From a virus (taxonomy: Duplodnaviria; Heunggongvirae; Uroviricota; Caudoviricetes): a DNA stretch of 6,796 nucleotides. The stretch's first letter is position 1. Every line of letters starts with the position of its first letter. A model generated the notes under the pieces. The model had not been told where the DNA came from. It saw only the letters and a program-made list of their open reading frames with translations, and ran no database searches. The translations under genes and the position numbers were made by a program. The stretch covers positions 1 through 6,796 of IMG/VR virus record IMGVR_UViG_2778261418_000010. The stretch is one strand, 5' to 3'. Positions 1-6,796 of the stretch are shown here, piece after piece.

Positions 1-3000
1 CTCACAATATAGTTAAATGCGATGTTTTTGACGGTGTTTTCCGCGTTACCAGCAGCGTTAACGGTGATGGTGTGTCCGTGTGAGCCAATCGCAACGGAGT
101 GCGTATGAGCACCAATACCGACAGTATGCGCGTGTGCACCTGCACTTGCAGCAGTACCTGACACCGGGTGGGTATGCGCTCCGGCTGACGATGTGCCAGT
201 ACTCGAGCCTGCACGAGACGCACCTTTGAGGGCTTTATCGCCCTGCTCGGTATTGCCAGATGGGTAACAGGCAACCGTGTGTGTATGTGCCCCTGCAGAA
301 GCAGCCGTACCACTGACACTATGGGTGTGCGCTCCGGTGTTATTCGTGGTCTTAGTACCATAATCAAACGAACTGGTTGTTTTCGTCCCCAAATCCGTAC
401 TGGATGCACTGGCACTGTGGGCATGCGATTTAATACCGTCCTGTTCCTGAGACAATACAGCGCGACCACTGGCGGGTTTGCCCTTAATTGTCCATCCACG
501 CAGATCAGGGATCACACCAGATGGGTAAGCGGTTGCAAGTTTCGGGTAGGCAGATTTGTCAAAAGTCTGCCCCTGCATCAGGGCATAACCAGACGGAACG
601 GTATCTGATGGCCACGGGATTGGTGCGCCAACTGGATAAAACTCTGCCGGAGGATGGGCAGTAGTGTAAAGCTGCGCCCACGGCGACCAGTTGGCGTCGG
701 TTGTATCCCGTCGCGAACGAATAAATGCCGGAGCATGTGCACCGCTTGTACCACTCCACCCGATAAGCAATTCGCCCTCTCCAGCAGCATTCGCACCTCT
801 CATATGAAGCACATTGCCATAAGCAGTGGGGTAGCCATTGTTGTACGCCTCGTACATTTGAATGCCAGCAGTGCCTTGAGTAGAGCCGCTTAACGCCGTA
901 ACTCGGCCACGAGATACCAATGTATTAATGTTGATATCGCCTGAGCCATCAAACTTAACACCATTGATGTTTCTCGCTGTTTGCAACTTCGTAGCTGTTG
1001 AAGCATTACCCTTAATGCCGCCATTAACGGTAAGCGCCCCGGTTATTGTGCCTCCTGTTAATTTCAAAAAGAGCGCATCAATCCATCCAGCGAAACCCGG
1101 TTTATTGATATACAAGTTGCCATCATTGGCAAATATGCCACCACCTGGTGTTCTTAATGGCTGTGACATATCCGCCAAAGTTAACTGGCCTGACATTGAA
1201 TCACCAGCTCGATTAAAGTCCCGTCTCCAGCCTGGCGCATAATTGTCACCGTGGTTGATGTAGGTAAATTGTGCCTTGACGGTTCCGCCGTTCGTTGCGG
1301 TCGTGGGGGTGGTGATGCGAATAGTCATAGCCTCTCGAACCCCCATAACCTCAACTACAGCGCCAGAAAGTTGTATATTTCCACAACCGGTATCCGTGAT
1401 GATTTTATTGGCAGCGTAAGCCCATGAGCCTTTGCACATCCAGTATGAATGATTGAACGCCCCCTTAGACTCCAGCCACTCGATAAATTGCGCCGTCGTC
1501 CAGTTATTGCTGTCTCCTCCGATGCTGATATTGCCGCTGGCAGCTTTCGCTGCGCCAATATTTTTTACGAAGGTGTCTTTATCAGGTATATCTGCCCCGT
1601 TCTGGTTTTTCCGAAGGCGTGTTTCAGCGTTGTCGTATGCGGACTTTACCGCTTTCGGTGTTGCAGCGAGCGTCTCAGATTCGCTGCTGGTCTCACTGCT
1701 GAGCTGTACTATCCCTTTTTTCGTCGTGCTTGCATCCTCAAGCGCCACGGCAGATGCAATATCCTCTGCCCGTTTTGCAGCTGTCTCGGCGCGCGTTGCC
1801 GCGGATTCAGCCGCATTTTTGCTCTGAGCTGCCTCCGTCGCACTTCCTGCCGTCTCTGTCGCCTTCGTGGATGCCGTTGACGCACTCTCTGCCGCCGCTG
1901 ACGCCTGTCTGGTCGCCTCATCTTTTGAATCAGACGCAGATGATGCCGATGATGCCGCCGAACTGGCTGACGATGCGGCTGCCGTCTTTGAGGATTCTGC
2001 ACTGGTTTCCGACGCTTTCGCGTTCGTCTCGGATGTCTTCGCTGCGGAAGCTGACCTCGCTGCTGCCGTGGCCTGCTCAGTGGCTTCGCCAGCCTTCGTT
2101 GTGGCTGTTGAAGCGGACGATGCGGCGCTTTCTGCCGATTTCCCGGCGGCGGTGGCACTGGCGGCTGCCTCCTCTGCCTTAATGGATGCTTCACGGGCCG
2201 ATGATGCAGCTACTGTCTCAGAGCCTGCCGCAGCTGAGGCGCTCTGTTCCGCTGCCGTTTCAGAAGACTTAGCATTCGTCTCTGACGTTTTTGCCGCCTT
2301 CGCGGAATTTCCTGCCGCCGTTGCCGAGGAGGCTGCACTGCTGGCGCTTGTGGAGGCGTTCGTTTCTGATGATTTTGCCGCCTCTTTGGAGGCAGCCGCA
2401 TCTCTGGCTGAAGTGGCGGCTTCTGACGCTTTCGTCGTCGCAGTGGATGCAGAAGTGGCTGCTGATTGTTGTGACGCTGCCGCATTCGTTTCTGACGTTT
2501 TCGCGGCACCGGCACTGGTGGCCGCCGCGCTTTTTGAGGACTCTGCAGCGGCAGCACTTTTTGACGCTTCCGTGGCCTTTGTTGATGCCGTTCCTGCGCT
2601 GGAAGATGCTGACTGAGCAGACGATGCGGCCTGTTCGGCGGACGTGCTGGCTGCGCGTGCTGAGCCTGCGGCATCAGTCGCATGGGTTGCCGCCTCACTG
2701 GCAGATGTGCTGGCATCGCTGGCTGACTTCTTCGCGGCTGCCGTGTTCTGTGCCACTACGGACGCGTTACGCGCCACCTCTTCCACCATCAGTTCAAAAC
2801 GGCGCAGTGCCTCCGGACGGGCATCATCCTCCGTCATGGCACCGAGAAAATCATTCAGCGTCCCCGGCTTTGAATCCTCATACACGGTGATGGTCCCGGC
2901 ATGTGACGGCGGGAATCCTTCCACCATCAGAATAACGCTGTACTGACCGTACTCAACGTCCATGCTGTAACGCCCGGCTTCATCCGGATTTTCTGAGGCC

Positions 3001-3113
3001 AGCGTGTTCACCACGACCGTGGTACTGTTACGTTTTGCCTTCAGCTGAATGGTGCAGTTCTGTACCGGTTTCCCTGTTCCGTCTTTCAGTACACCTGAAA
3101 TCTTTACTGCCAT
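1..3113 (-). CDS. stf: Side tail fibre protein Stf, partial (1037 codons in window; last few codons and stop lie beyond position 1)
   Basis: Minus-strand frame with codons at [3k,3k+2] checked by hand for TTA/CTA/TCA on the plus strand: none from 3 to 3113. ATG at 3113-3111. Translation starts [37 protein letters not shown], continues through an Ala/Ser/Thr-rich shaft with (A/S)AKTSETNA repeats, and ends in window with GAHxH motifs and ...[23 protein letters not shown]. The N-terminus, shaft and C-terminus match lambda Stf as I recall it. Absent from the ORF track only because no stop falls inside the window. Confidence 0.9.
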   Translation of the reverse strand, partial: MAVKISGVLKDGTGKPVQNCTIQLKAKRNSTTVVVNTLASENPDEAGRYSMDVEYGQYSVILMVEGFPPSHAGTITVYEDSKPGTLNDFLGAMTEDDARPEALRRFELMVEEVARNASVVAQNTAAAKKSASDASTSASEAATHATDAAGSARAASTSAEQAASSAQSASSSAGTASTKATEASKSAAAAESSKSAAATSAGAAKTSETNAAASQQSAATSASTATTKASEAATSARDAAASKEAAKSSETNASTSASSAASSATAAGNSAKAAKTSETNAKSSETAAEQSASAAAGSETVAASSAREASIKAEEAAASATAAGKSAESAASSASTATTKAGEATEQATAAARSASAAKTSETNAKASETSAESSKTAAASSASSAASSASSASDSKDEATRQASAAAESASTASTKATETAGSATEAAQSKNAAESAATRAETAAKRAEDIASAVALEDASTTKKGIVQLSSETSSESETLAATPKAVKSAYDNAETRLRKNQNGADIPDKDTFVKNIGAAKAASGNISIGGDSNNWTTAQFIEWLESKGAFNHSYWMCKGSWAYAANKIITDTGCGNIQLSGAVVEVMGVREAMTIRITTPTTATNGGTVKAQFTYINHGDNYAPGWRRDFNRAGDSMSGQLTLADMSQPLRTPGGGIFANDGNLYINKPGFAGWIDALFLKLTGGTITGALTVNGGIKGNASTATKLQTARNINGVKFDGSGDININTLVSRGRVTALSGSTQGTAGIQMYEAYNNGYPTAYGNVLHMRGANAAGEGELLIGWSGTSGAHAPAFIRSRRDTTDANWSPWAQLYTTAHPPAEFYPVGAPIPWPSDTVPSGYALMQGQTFDKSAYPKLATAYPSGVIPDLRGWTIKGKPASGRAVLSQEQDGIKSHAHSASASSTDLGTKTTSSFDYGTKTTNNTGAHTHSVSGTAASAGAHTHTVACYPSGNTEQGDKALKGASRAGSSTGTSSAGAHTHPVSGTAASAGAHAHTVGIGAHTHSVAIGSHGHTITVNAAGNAENTVKNIAFNYIV
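63..345 (-). repeat. His-rich G-(A/S)-H-x-H motif repeats in the Stf C-terminal tip domain (coding)
   Basis: Hand translation gives GAHTHS, GAHTHT, GAHTHP, GAHAHT, GAHTHS and GSHGHT within about 95 residues. Corresponding DNA repeats of gcacacac/gcgcatac type are visible on the plus strand. Confidence 0.5.
2016..2502 (-). repeat. Degenerate in-frame repeats encoding (A/S)AKTSETNA(K/A)(A/S)S in the Stf shaft
   Basis: Four copies of K-(T/S)-S-E-T-N-A in the hand translation, at about 2016-2040, 2274-2292, 2358-2376 and 2484-2502. Plus-strand DNA shows the recurring motif attcgt(c/t)tctgacgtttt at about 2273-2297 and 2482-2506, and gttcgtctcggatgtcttcgc at about 2019-2040. Confidence 0.5.
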
Positions 3114-3115
3114 AT

Positions 3116-3122
3116 TCACCCC
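3116..3122 (-). promoter_or_regulatory. Putative Shine-Dalgarno for stf (minus-strand GGGGTGA)
   Basis: Minus-strand sequence GGGGTGAAT immediately precedes the stf ATG at 3113. The spacing is short, so the exact SD core is uncertain. Confidence 0.35.
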
Positions 3123-3124
3123 AC

Positions 3125-3151
3125 AAAAAAGCCCGCCTGAACCGGCGGGCT
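3125..3151 (-). terminator. Rho-independent terminator downstream of lom, directly upstream of stf
   Basis: Plus strand 3131-3137 gcccgcc and 3144-3150 ggcgggc form a perfect 7-bp GC-rich stem (8 bp with 3130/3151) around a 6-nt loop. Plus-strand A6 at 3125-3130 gives a U6 tract right after the hairpin on the minus-strand transcript. The plus-strand side has no U-tract, so it is oriented for minus-strand transcription. Confidence 0.7.
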
Positions 3152-3177
3152 GTCATAACACTGTGTTACCTGGCTAA

Positions 3178-3777
3178 TCAGAATTTATAACCGACACCCA
3201 CGATGAAACCGTCAGTGCGCCAGTCACCACTGCCGGAGCCTTCATAAGCAATATCAATGGCCACGGATTCGGTCGGGTTAAACTGCACGCCTGCCCCCCA
3301 CGCCAGAGACGTGTTGCTGTGGCGACTGTCATCACTTCCGGTCAGCACATCGTGCGTTTTCCCCTTGTTGTCAGTTACGCGGAGATAATCCCCGGAGAAA
3401 GTCGAAACACGGCTGTAAGCCACACCCGCCATCGCATATGTGCTGAACCATTCATTCACGCGTACAGACGGCCCCGCCATCACGCTGAACCAGCGGTTAC
3501 GAACGGAATCTTCATGCCAGCGGGTATCGCTGTAATGCGTTTTTTGCTCATCTTCGGCGTTGGCATAACTGAATGACGTCACCATCCCAAGCGTGTCCGT
3601 AAATTCATAACGGTATTTCACGTTAATACCATTCAGATCATCACCGCCTGGCATTTTCGTATGAGCATGAATATATCCTGCGCTTAATGTGCTATGGTGT
3701 TCTGCTGCACTCACTGTCGTACCCGATACGGTCAGGAATACTGCTGCGGACAAAAGAATTGCACATACTTTACGCAT
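3178..3777 (-). CDS. lom: Outer membrane protein Lom (Ail/Lom/OmpX-family beta-barrel), 199 aa
   Basis: ORF track 3178..3777. N-terminal Sec signal peptide MRKVCAILLSAAVFLTVSGTTVSA with an A-x-A-type cleavage site. C-terminal ...GFIVGVGYKF ends in Phe, as is typical of outer-membrane beta-barrels. Strong similarity to lambda Lom as I recall it (GINVKYRYEFTDTLG, RWHEDSVRNRWFSVMAGPSVRVNEWFS, NTSLAWGAGVQFNPTESVAIDIAYEGSGSGDWRTDGF). Position between J and stf matches lambda gene order. Confidence 0.95.
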   Translation of the reverse strand: MRKVCAILLSAAVFLTVSGTTVSAAEHHSTLSAGYIHAHTKMPGGDDLNGINVKYRYEFTDTLGMVTSFSYANAEDEQKTHYSDTRWHEDSVRNRWFSVMAGPSVRVNEWFSTYAMAGVAYSRVSTFSGDYLRVTDNKGKTHDVLTGSDDSRHSNTSLAWGAGVQFNPTESVAIDIAYEGSGSGDWRTDGFIVGVGYKF

Positions 3778-3782
3778 AATTA

Positions 3783-3788
3783 CCTCTC
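3783..3788 (-). promoter_or_regulatory. Shine-Dalgarno for lom (minus-strand GAGAGG)
   Basis: Minus-strand GAGAGGTAATT precedes the ATG at 3777-3775; GAGAGG sits 5 nt upstream of the start. Confidence 0.5.
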
Positions 3789-3801
3789 ACTTTTCTGCAA
3801 T

Positions 3802-3825
3802 AAAAAAGGCGCCATTTCTGGCGCC
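3802..3825 (-). terminator. Rho-independent terminator between J and lom (tJ-like)
   Basis: Plus strand 3808-3813 ggcgcc and 3820-3825 ggcgcc form a 6-bp all-GC stem around a 6-nt loop (atttct). Plus-strand A6 at 3802-3807 gives minus-strand RNA GGCGCCAGAAAUGGCGCC-UUUUUUAUU. Lies 20 nt after the J stop codon (3845-3847). Confidence 0.7.
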
Positions 3826-3844
3826 CGGTTTGGGTTTTAAACAT

Positions 3845-6796
3845 TCAGCTGATACTGATACCAGCTGTGGATTTTTTCATAATGACCACAAGCAAATCGC
3901 TGATAGTCGCTGAAGGATAATAATTCCCGTTTGACGCAGAAACTGAAAACTCAAGAGTTATTCCTCCAGAACCGGCTGGCATATCCATGATGCCTGTGTA
4001 AATGGCTGTAACATCGTTGGTCGATTTGTCATAAATTACAGAACCATTCTTTTTTACAACAAGACGACAGGATGAATAATATTCACTGTTTGTGGATGCC
4101 TGCCGGTGCTTCGCCCCACGAAACGCAACAGCAGGAATGACAATTTGTCTGTCATATTTTTGATCATCATCTATCCTCACAGTAATCGTACCTGACGGCC
4201 ACGGTTTAAATTCTGATTCGCGCGGATCATGTGGAAAAGCCTTTCCCACCGCTTTGACAATATCGCCCTCAATCTGACTGGCAGACAGTTTTCCTTTTAT
4301 CAGACAGTTCTCATTAATCGTGACATTGTTGAGCGTCCCGGCGTTCGCATTCACACTGCCACTGATATCCGCATTTTTAGCAGTCAGCTTTCCGTCAGGT
4401 GTCAGGGAGAATGCCGGAGGATTACCACCACTGGTAATCGTGGGAGCAATAAGGAACTTGATCAGCGCCTCATTAATAAACGTCTGTCCGCCCTGTGTGA
4501 CCAGTGCAGGAGTGGTGTTACCATTCGCCGGGTTAATAAATGCCACCCGGTCTGCAGCCAGAAGCACCTGACTCTGCATGCCGTCCTGGGTATTCTCAAT
4601 ACCGGCACCGATACCCGCAATATAAAGGCGTCCATCCTTCATCTGTTGCAGCTTCACAGCCCACATACTGTTCAGGTTATTACTGGTGTCAACCTGAACC
4701 TTCTGTATCTGCTGGATTGCTGCGCTCTGGTCTTTCAGTGTCTTGTTAACGGTCTCGGTGATTTCATTGCTGACATTCGTAATGGATGTCCTGATTTCAG
4801 CCAGATCCGGGGCAAGCTGACCGTTATCAATTTGTGTCCACAGCTCCTGGGCCAGATGTGTTTTCCCTATCTCTCCTTTGAAAAAATCCAGATAGCCGGA
4901 CGCATCATTACTCGGCTGGCCAACAGCTTCCACAAATACCGATTTGCCGACGGTGTTCACACTGCGAACATAAAAATAATAATCATGGCCCGGCCTGATA
5001 TTGATACTGGCAGCTATCCAGCACTGCGCCGTACCAAGATAACGCGCGCTGGTTTCAACCTGCCTGATATCGGTAATCCGCTTTTCCGAAAACCAGAACT
5101 CAAACTGTACCGTCGGATCATAAACCGCAAGATGCGGCGTGGCGGTGATCTGAAAATAACCCGGCGTCAGCTCAATCCGCGACGGTGCTGCCGGTGCGGC
5201 AATCCGGAACGATACCGATGCCGGATCGCCCTGCTGCTCCCAGGCATTTGCCGCCCGGACTGTCAGCCTGTAGTTTCCCAGCGCCAGTTGCGTGAAGCGG
5301 TATGTGGTTTCCGTCGTCCGGGCTGTGCTGACCAGCCGCTCACTGCCGTCTTCCGCTGTCACGGTCAGACGAAGCAGGAAGCTCACGCCCTTCACCACCT
5401 TCGGCGTATCCCAGCGCGCCAGCACCTGATATTCCCCGCTGTCTGCGGTGACTTCGGCAGTCAGGTGCTGCACCGCTGGCGGCGTGACACCATTCACCGT
5501 GCCGCTCTGGTCGCCGTCAAAGTGCGCCCCGTTATCCACGATGGCTTCTTTTTCCGGTATATGCTGCACGGCGGTGATGGCATACGTGCCGTCGTCGTTC
5601 TCACGGATACTCACGCAGCGGAACAGGCGCTGGCGCAGCGTCGGCAGCTTCAGCCCCCACACGCTGTATTCAGCAACGCCGTCAGGAACCCGGCTCACTT
5701 TCACCTTCACGCCGTCGGTGACGGACTGAACCTCCACGCTGACCGGATTGCCACTTCCGTCAACCAGGCTTATCAGCGTGGTACCGGAGGATGGCAGCGT
5801 GATTTCACGGTCGAGCGTCAGCGTCCGGGTCTGGCTGTTTACCGCCAGCACGCGCCCGCCGGTGCTGATACCGGCATAGTCATCATCGCAGATTTCAATG
5901 ACATCGCCCGGTACATGGCGAAGCCCTTCGGCACCCACGCTGAAGTCCACGGTCTGCGTTTCCAGCAGTTCTGTTTTAATCAGCCACAGCCCGGCGCGAT
6001 GTGCCTGCCCCCGGCTGGTACAGCCAAAGGCATCCATCTTCGTGACGTTACGACCGTAACGGGCAATGGCCTGCGTGTCCTCCACAAGCTCTGTCGCCGT
6101 CTCCCAGCCGTTATTCGGGTCAATCCAGTTCACCTCAACGGCATTATGGCGGTCCTTCAGGGCGCTGAAGCTGTAGCGGAACGGCGCGCCATCATCCGGC
6201 ATCACCACATTACTGCGGTTATAGGTCCACACCTTATCCGAGGGTCGGTCCTGCACGAACGTCAGCGTCTGCCCGTTCCATACCGGCATACAGCGCATCG
6301 CCGAGCAGAAATCACTGAGCACATCCCACGCCTTACGCTGTGTGGTCAGGTACGCATTACAGGTGATGCGCGGCTCCGTGCCGCCAAAGCCGTCCGGCAC
6401 TGACTGGTCGCAGTACTGGCCGATGACATACAGCGCCCATTTATCGACATCCGCCGCACCAAGACGTTTTCCCATGCCGTAGCGCGGATGGGTCAGCATA
6501 TCCCACAGACACCAGGCCGGGTTGTTGCTGTATGCCGGTTTAAACGTTCCGTCCCAGATACCGCTGTATTGCCGCGTCTGCGGGTTATAATTCGACGGCA
6601 CCTGCAGAATACGCCCGCGAAGATGATAATTACGGCTCACCTGCTGGCTGCCGAACTGCTCCGAATCCACCTGCACGCCGACCAGTGCCGTGTTCGGGTA
6701 GCACTGTTTCACATCGATAATTTCGGTGTATGACGACCAGAGCGTTTTGTTCTGCAGCTGGTCTGTGGTGCTGTCCGGCGTCATCCTGCGCATCCG
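3845..6796 (-). CDS. J: Host specificity / central tail fibre (tail tip) protein J, partial (984 codons in window; N-terminal ~150 aa beyond window end)
   Basis: ORF track 3845..6793, and the same frame stays open to the window edge at 6796. Translation ([54 protein letters not shown]..., ...[47 protein letters not shown]...) matches lambda gpJ as I recall it over most of its length. Stop TGA at 3845-3847. Synteny J-lom-stf as in lambda. Confidence 0.93.
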   Translation of the reverse strand, partial: RMRRMTPDSTTDQLQNKTLWSSYTEIIDVKQCYPNTALVGVQVDSEQFGSQQVSRNYHLRGRILQVPSNYNPQTRQYSGIWDGTFKPAYSNNPAWCLWDMLTHPRYGMGKRLGAADVDKWALYVIGQYCDQSVPDGFGGTEPRITCNAYLTTQRKAWDVLSDFCSAMRCMPVWNGQTLTFVQDRPSDKVWTYNRSNVVMPDDGAPFRYSFSALKDRHNAVEVNWIDPNNGWETATELVEDTQAIARYGRNVTKMDAFGCTSRGQAHRAGLWLIKTELLETQTVDFSVGAEGLRHVPGDVIEICDDDYAGISTGGRVLAVNSQTRTLTLDREITLPSSGTTLISLVDGSGNPVSVEVQSVTDGVKVKVSRVPDGVAEYSVWGLKLPTLRQRLFRCVSIRENDDGTYAITAVQHIPEKEAIVDNGAHFDGDQSGTVNGVTPPAVQHLTAEVTADSGEYQVLARWDTPKVVKGVSFLLRLTVTAEDGSERLVSTARTTETTYRFTQLALGNYRLTVRAANAWEQQGDPASVSFRIAAPAAPSRIELTPGYFQITATPHLAVYDPTVQFEFWFSEKRITDIRQVETSARYLGTAQCWIAASINIRPGHDYYFYVRSVNTVGKSVFVEAVGQPSNDASGYLDFFKGEIGKTHLAQELWTQIDNGQLAPDLAEIRTSITNVSNEITETVNKTLKDQSAAIQQIQKVQVDTSNNLNSMWAVKLQQMKDGRLYIAGIGAGIENTQDGMQSQVLLAADRVAFINPANGNTTPALVTQGGQTFINEALIKFLIAPTITSGGNPPAFSLTPDGKLTAKNADISGSVNANAGTLNNVTINENCLIKGKLSASQIEGDIVKAVGKAFPHDPRESEFKPWPSGTITVRIDDDQKYDRQIVIPAVAFRGAKHRQASTNSEYYSSCRLVVKKNGSVIYDKSTNDVTAIYTGIMDMPAGSGGITLEFSVSASNGNYYPSATISDLLVVIMKKSTAGISIS

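Noticed and set aside
1867-2616. 249-aa Ala/Asp-rich plus-strand ORF, plus other plus-strand ORFs across 279-2946
   Set aside because: These are alternative-frame or antisense readings of the GC-rich, Ala/Ser/Thr-repeat stf shaft, where stop codons are rare in every frame. The true coding frame is the minus-strand stf frame with recognisable lambda Stf similarity.
1709-2716. Minus-strand Arg/Pro/Gln-rich ORFs (1709..2194, 2210..2716) and 2..499
   Set aside because: They are out-of-frame readings of stf on the same strand. Their composition (runs of R, Q, P) is typical of a frame-shifted GC-rich sequence, and they overlap the verified stf frame.
3319-3576. 85-aa plus-strand ORF antisense to lom
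   Set aside because: It is codon-aligned antisense to lom, the same artefact as in J, with no supporting signals.
3689-3913. 74-aa plus-strand ORF spanning the lom 5' end, the J-lom intergenic region and the J 3' end
   Set aside because: It overlaps two well-supported minus-strand genes and runs through the terminator hairpin. There is no RBS and no recognisable domain, so it is most likely spurious.
4229-6403. 724-aa plus-strand ORF antisense to J
   Set aside because: It is codon-aligned with J (both use codons at [3k+2,3k+4]), so its openness only reflects the absence of TTA, CTA and TCA sense codons in this stretch of J. The protein is low-complexity and Arg/Cys-rich, with no RBS or start context, and lies inside a well-supported gene. 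The depletion of those three codons over about 2.2 kb is notable but is a codon-usage effect, not evidence of a gene.
1-6796. CRISPR arrays, tRNA/rRNA genes, integrase or att sites, invertible (shufflon or Mu G-like) segment, DGR template/variable repeats
   Set aside because: I looked for direct-repeat/spacer periodicity, tRNA-like structures, and long inverted repeats flanking the fibre C-termini, and found none. The only repeats are the in-frame coding repeats in stf. The window is about 98% coding for J, lom and stf.
1-6796. A novel or undescribed system (defence island, toxin-antitoxin, etc.)
   Set aside because: All three genes and both intergenic regions are explained by the canonical lambdoid J-lom-stf tail-fibre module, and there is no unassigned coding capacity. 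Novelty, if any, lies in the module swaps within J and Stf rather than in a new system.

Overview
This window is a lambdoid (phage lambda-like) prophage tail-fibre module, with all three genes on the minus strand. It holds the 3' 984 codons of the host-specificity/tail-tip gene J (5' end off-window), then the outer-membrane lysogenic-conversion gene lom, then an intact side-tail-fibre gene stf that runs off the window start a few codons before its expected stop. lom is bracketed by two sequence-evident intrinsic terminators. The stf reading frame was not in the supplied ORF track because it has no stop inside the window; I found it by hand-translating the minus strand, and it is open from 3113 down to 3. 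I do not see evidence for an undescribed biological system here: there is no CRISPR array, RNA gene, defence-like operon or unexplained non-coding stretch, and the window is almost fully accounted for. The points worth a second look are the mosaic, compositionally distinct receptor-binding modules in J and Stf, the insulated lom cassette, and the repeat and His-rich motifs in Stf. Homology statements rest on my recollection of lambda J, Lom and Stf and need database confirmation.
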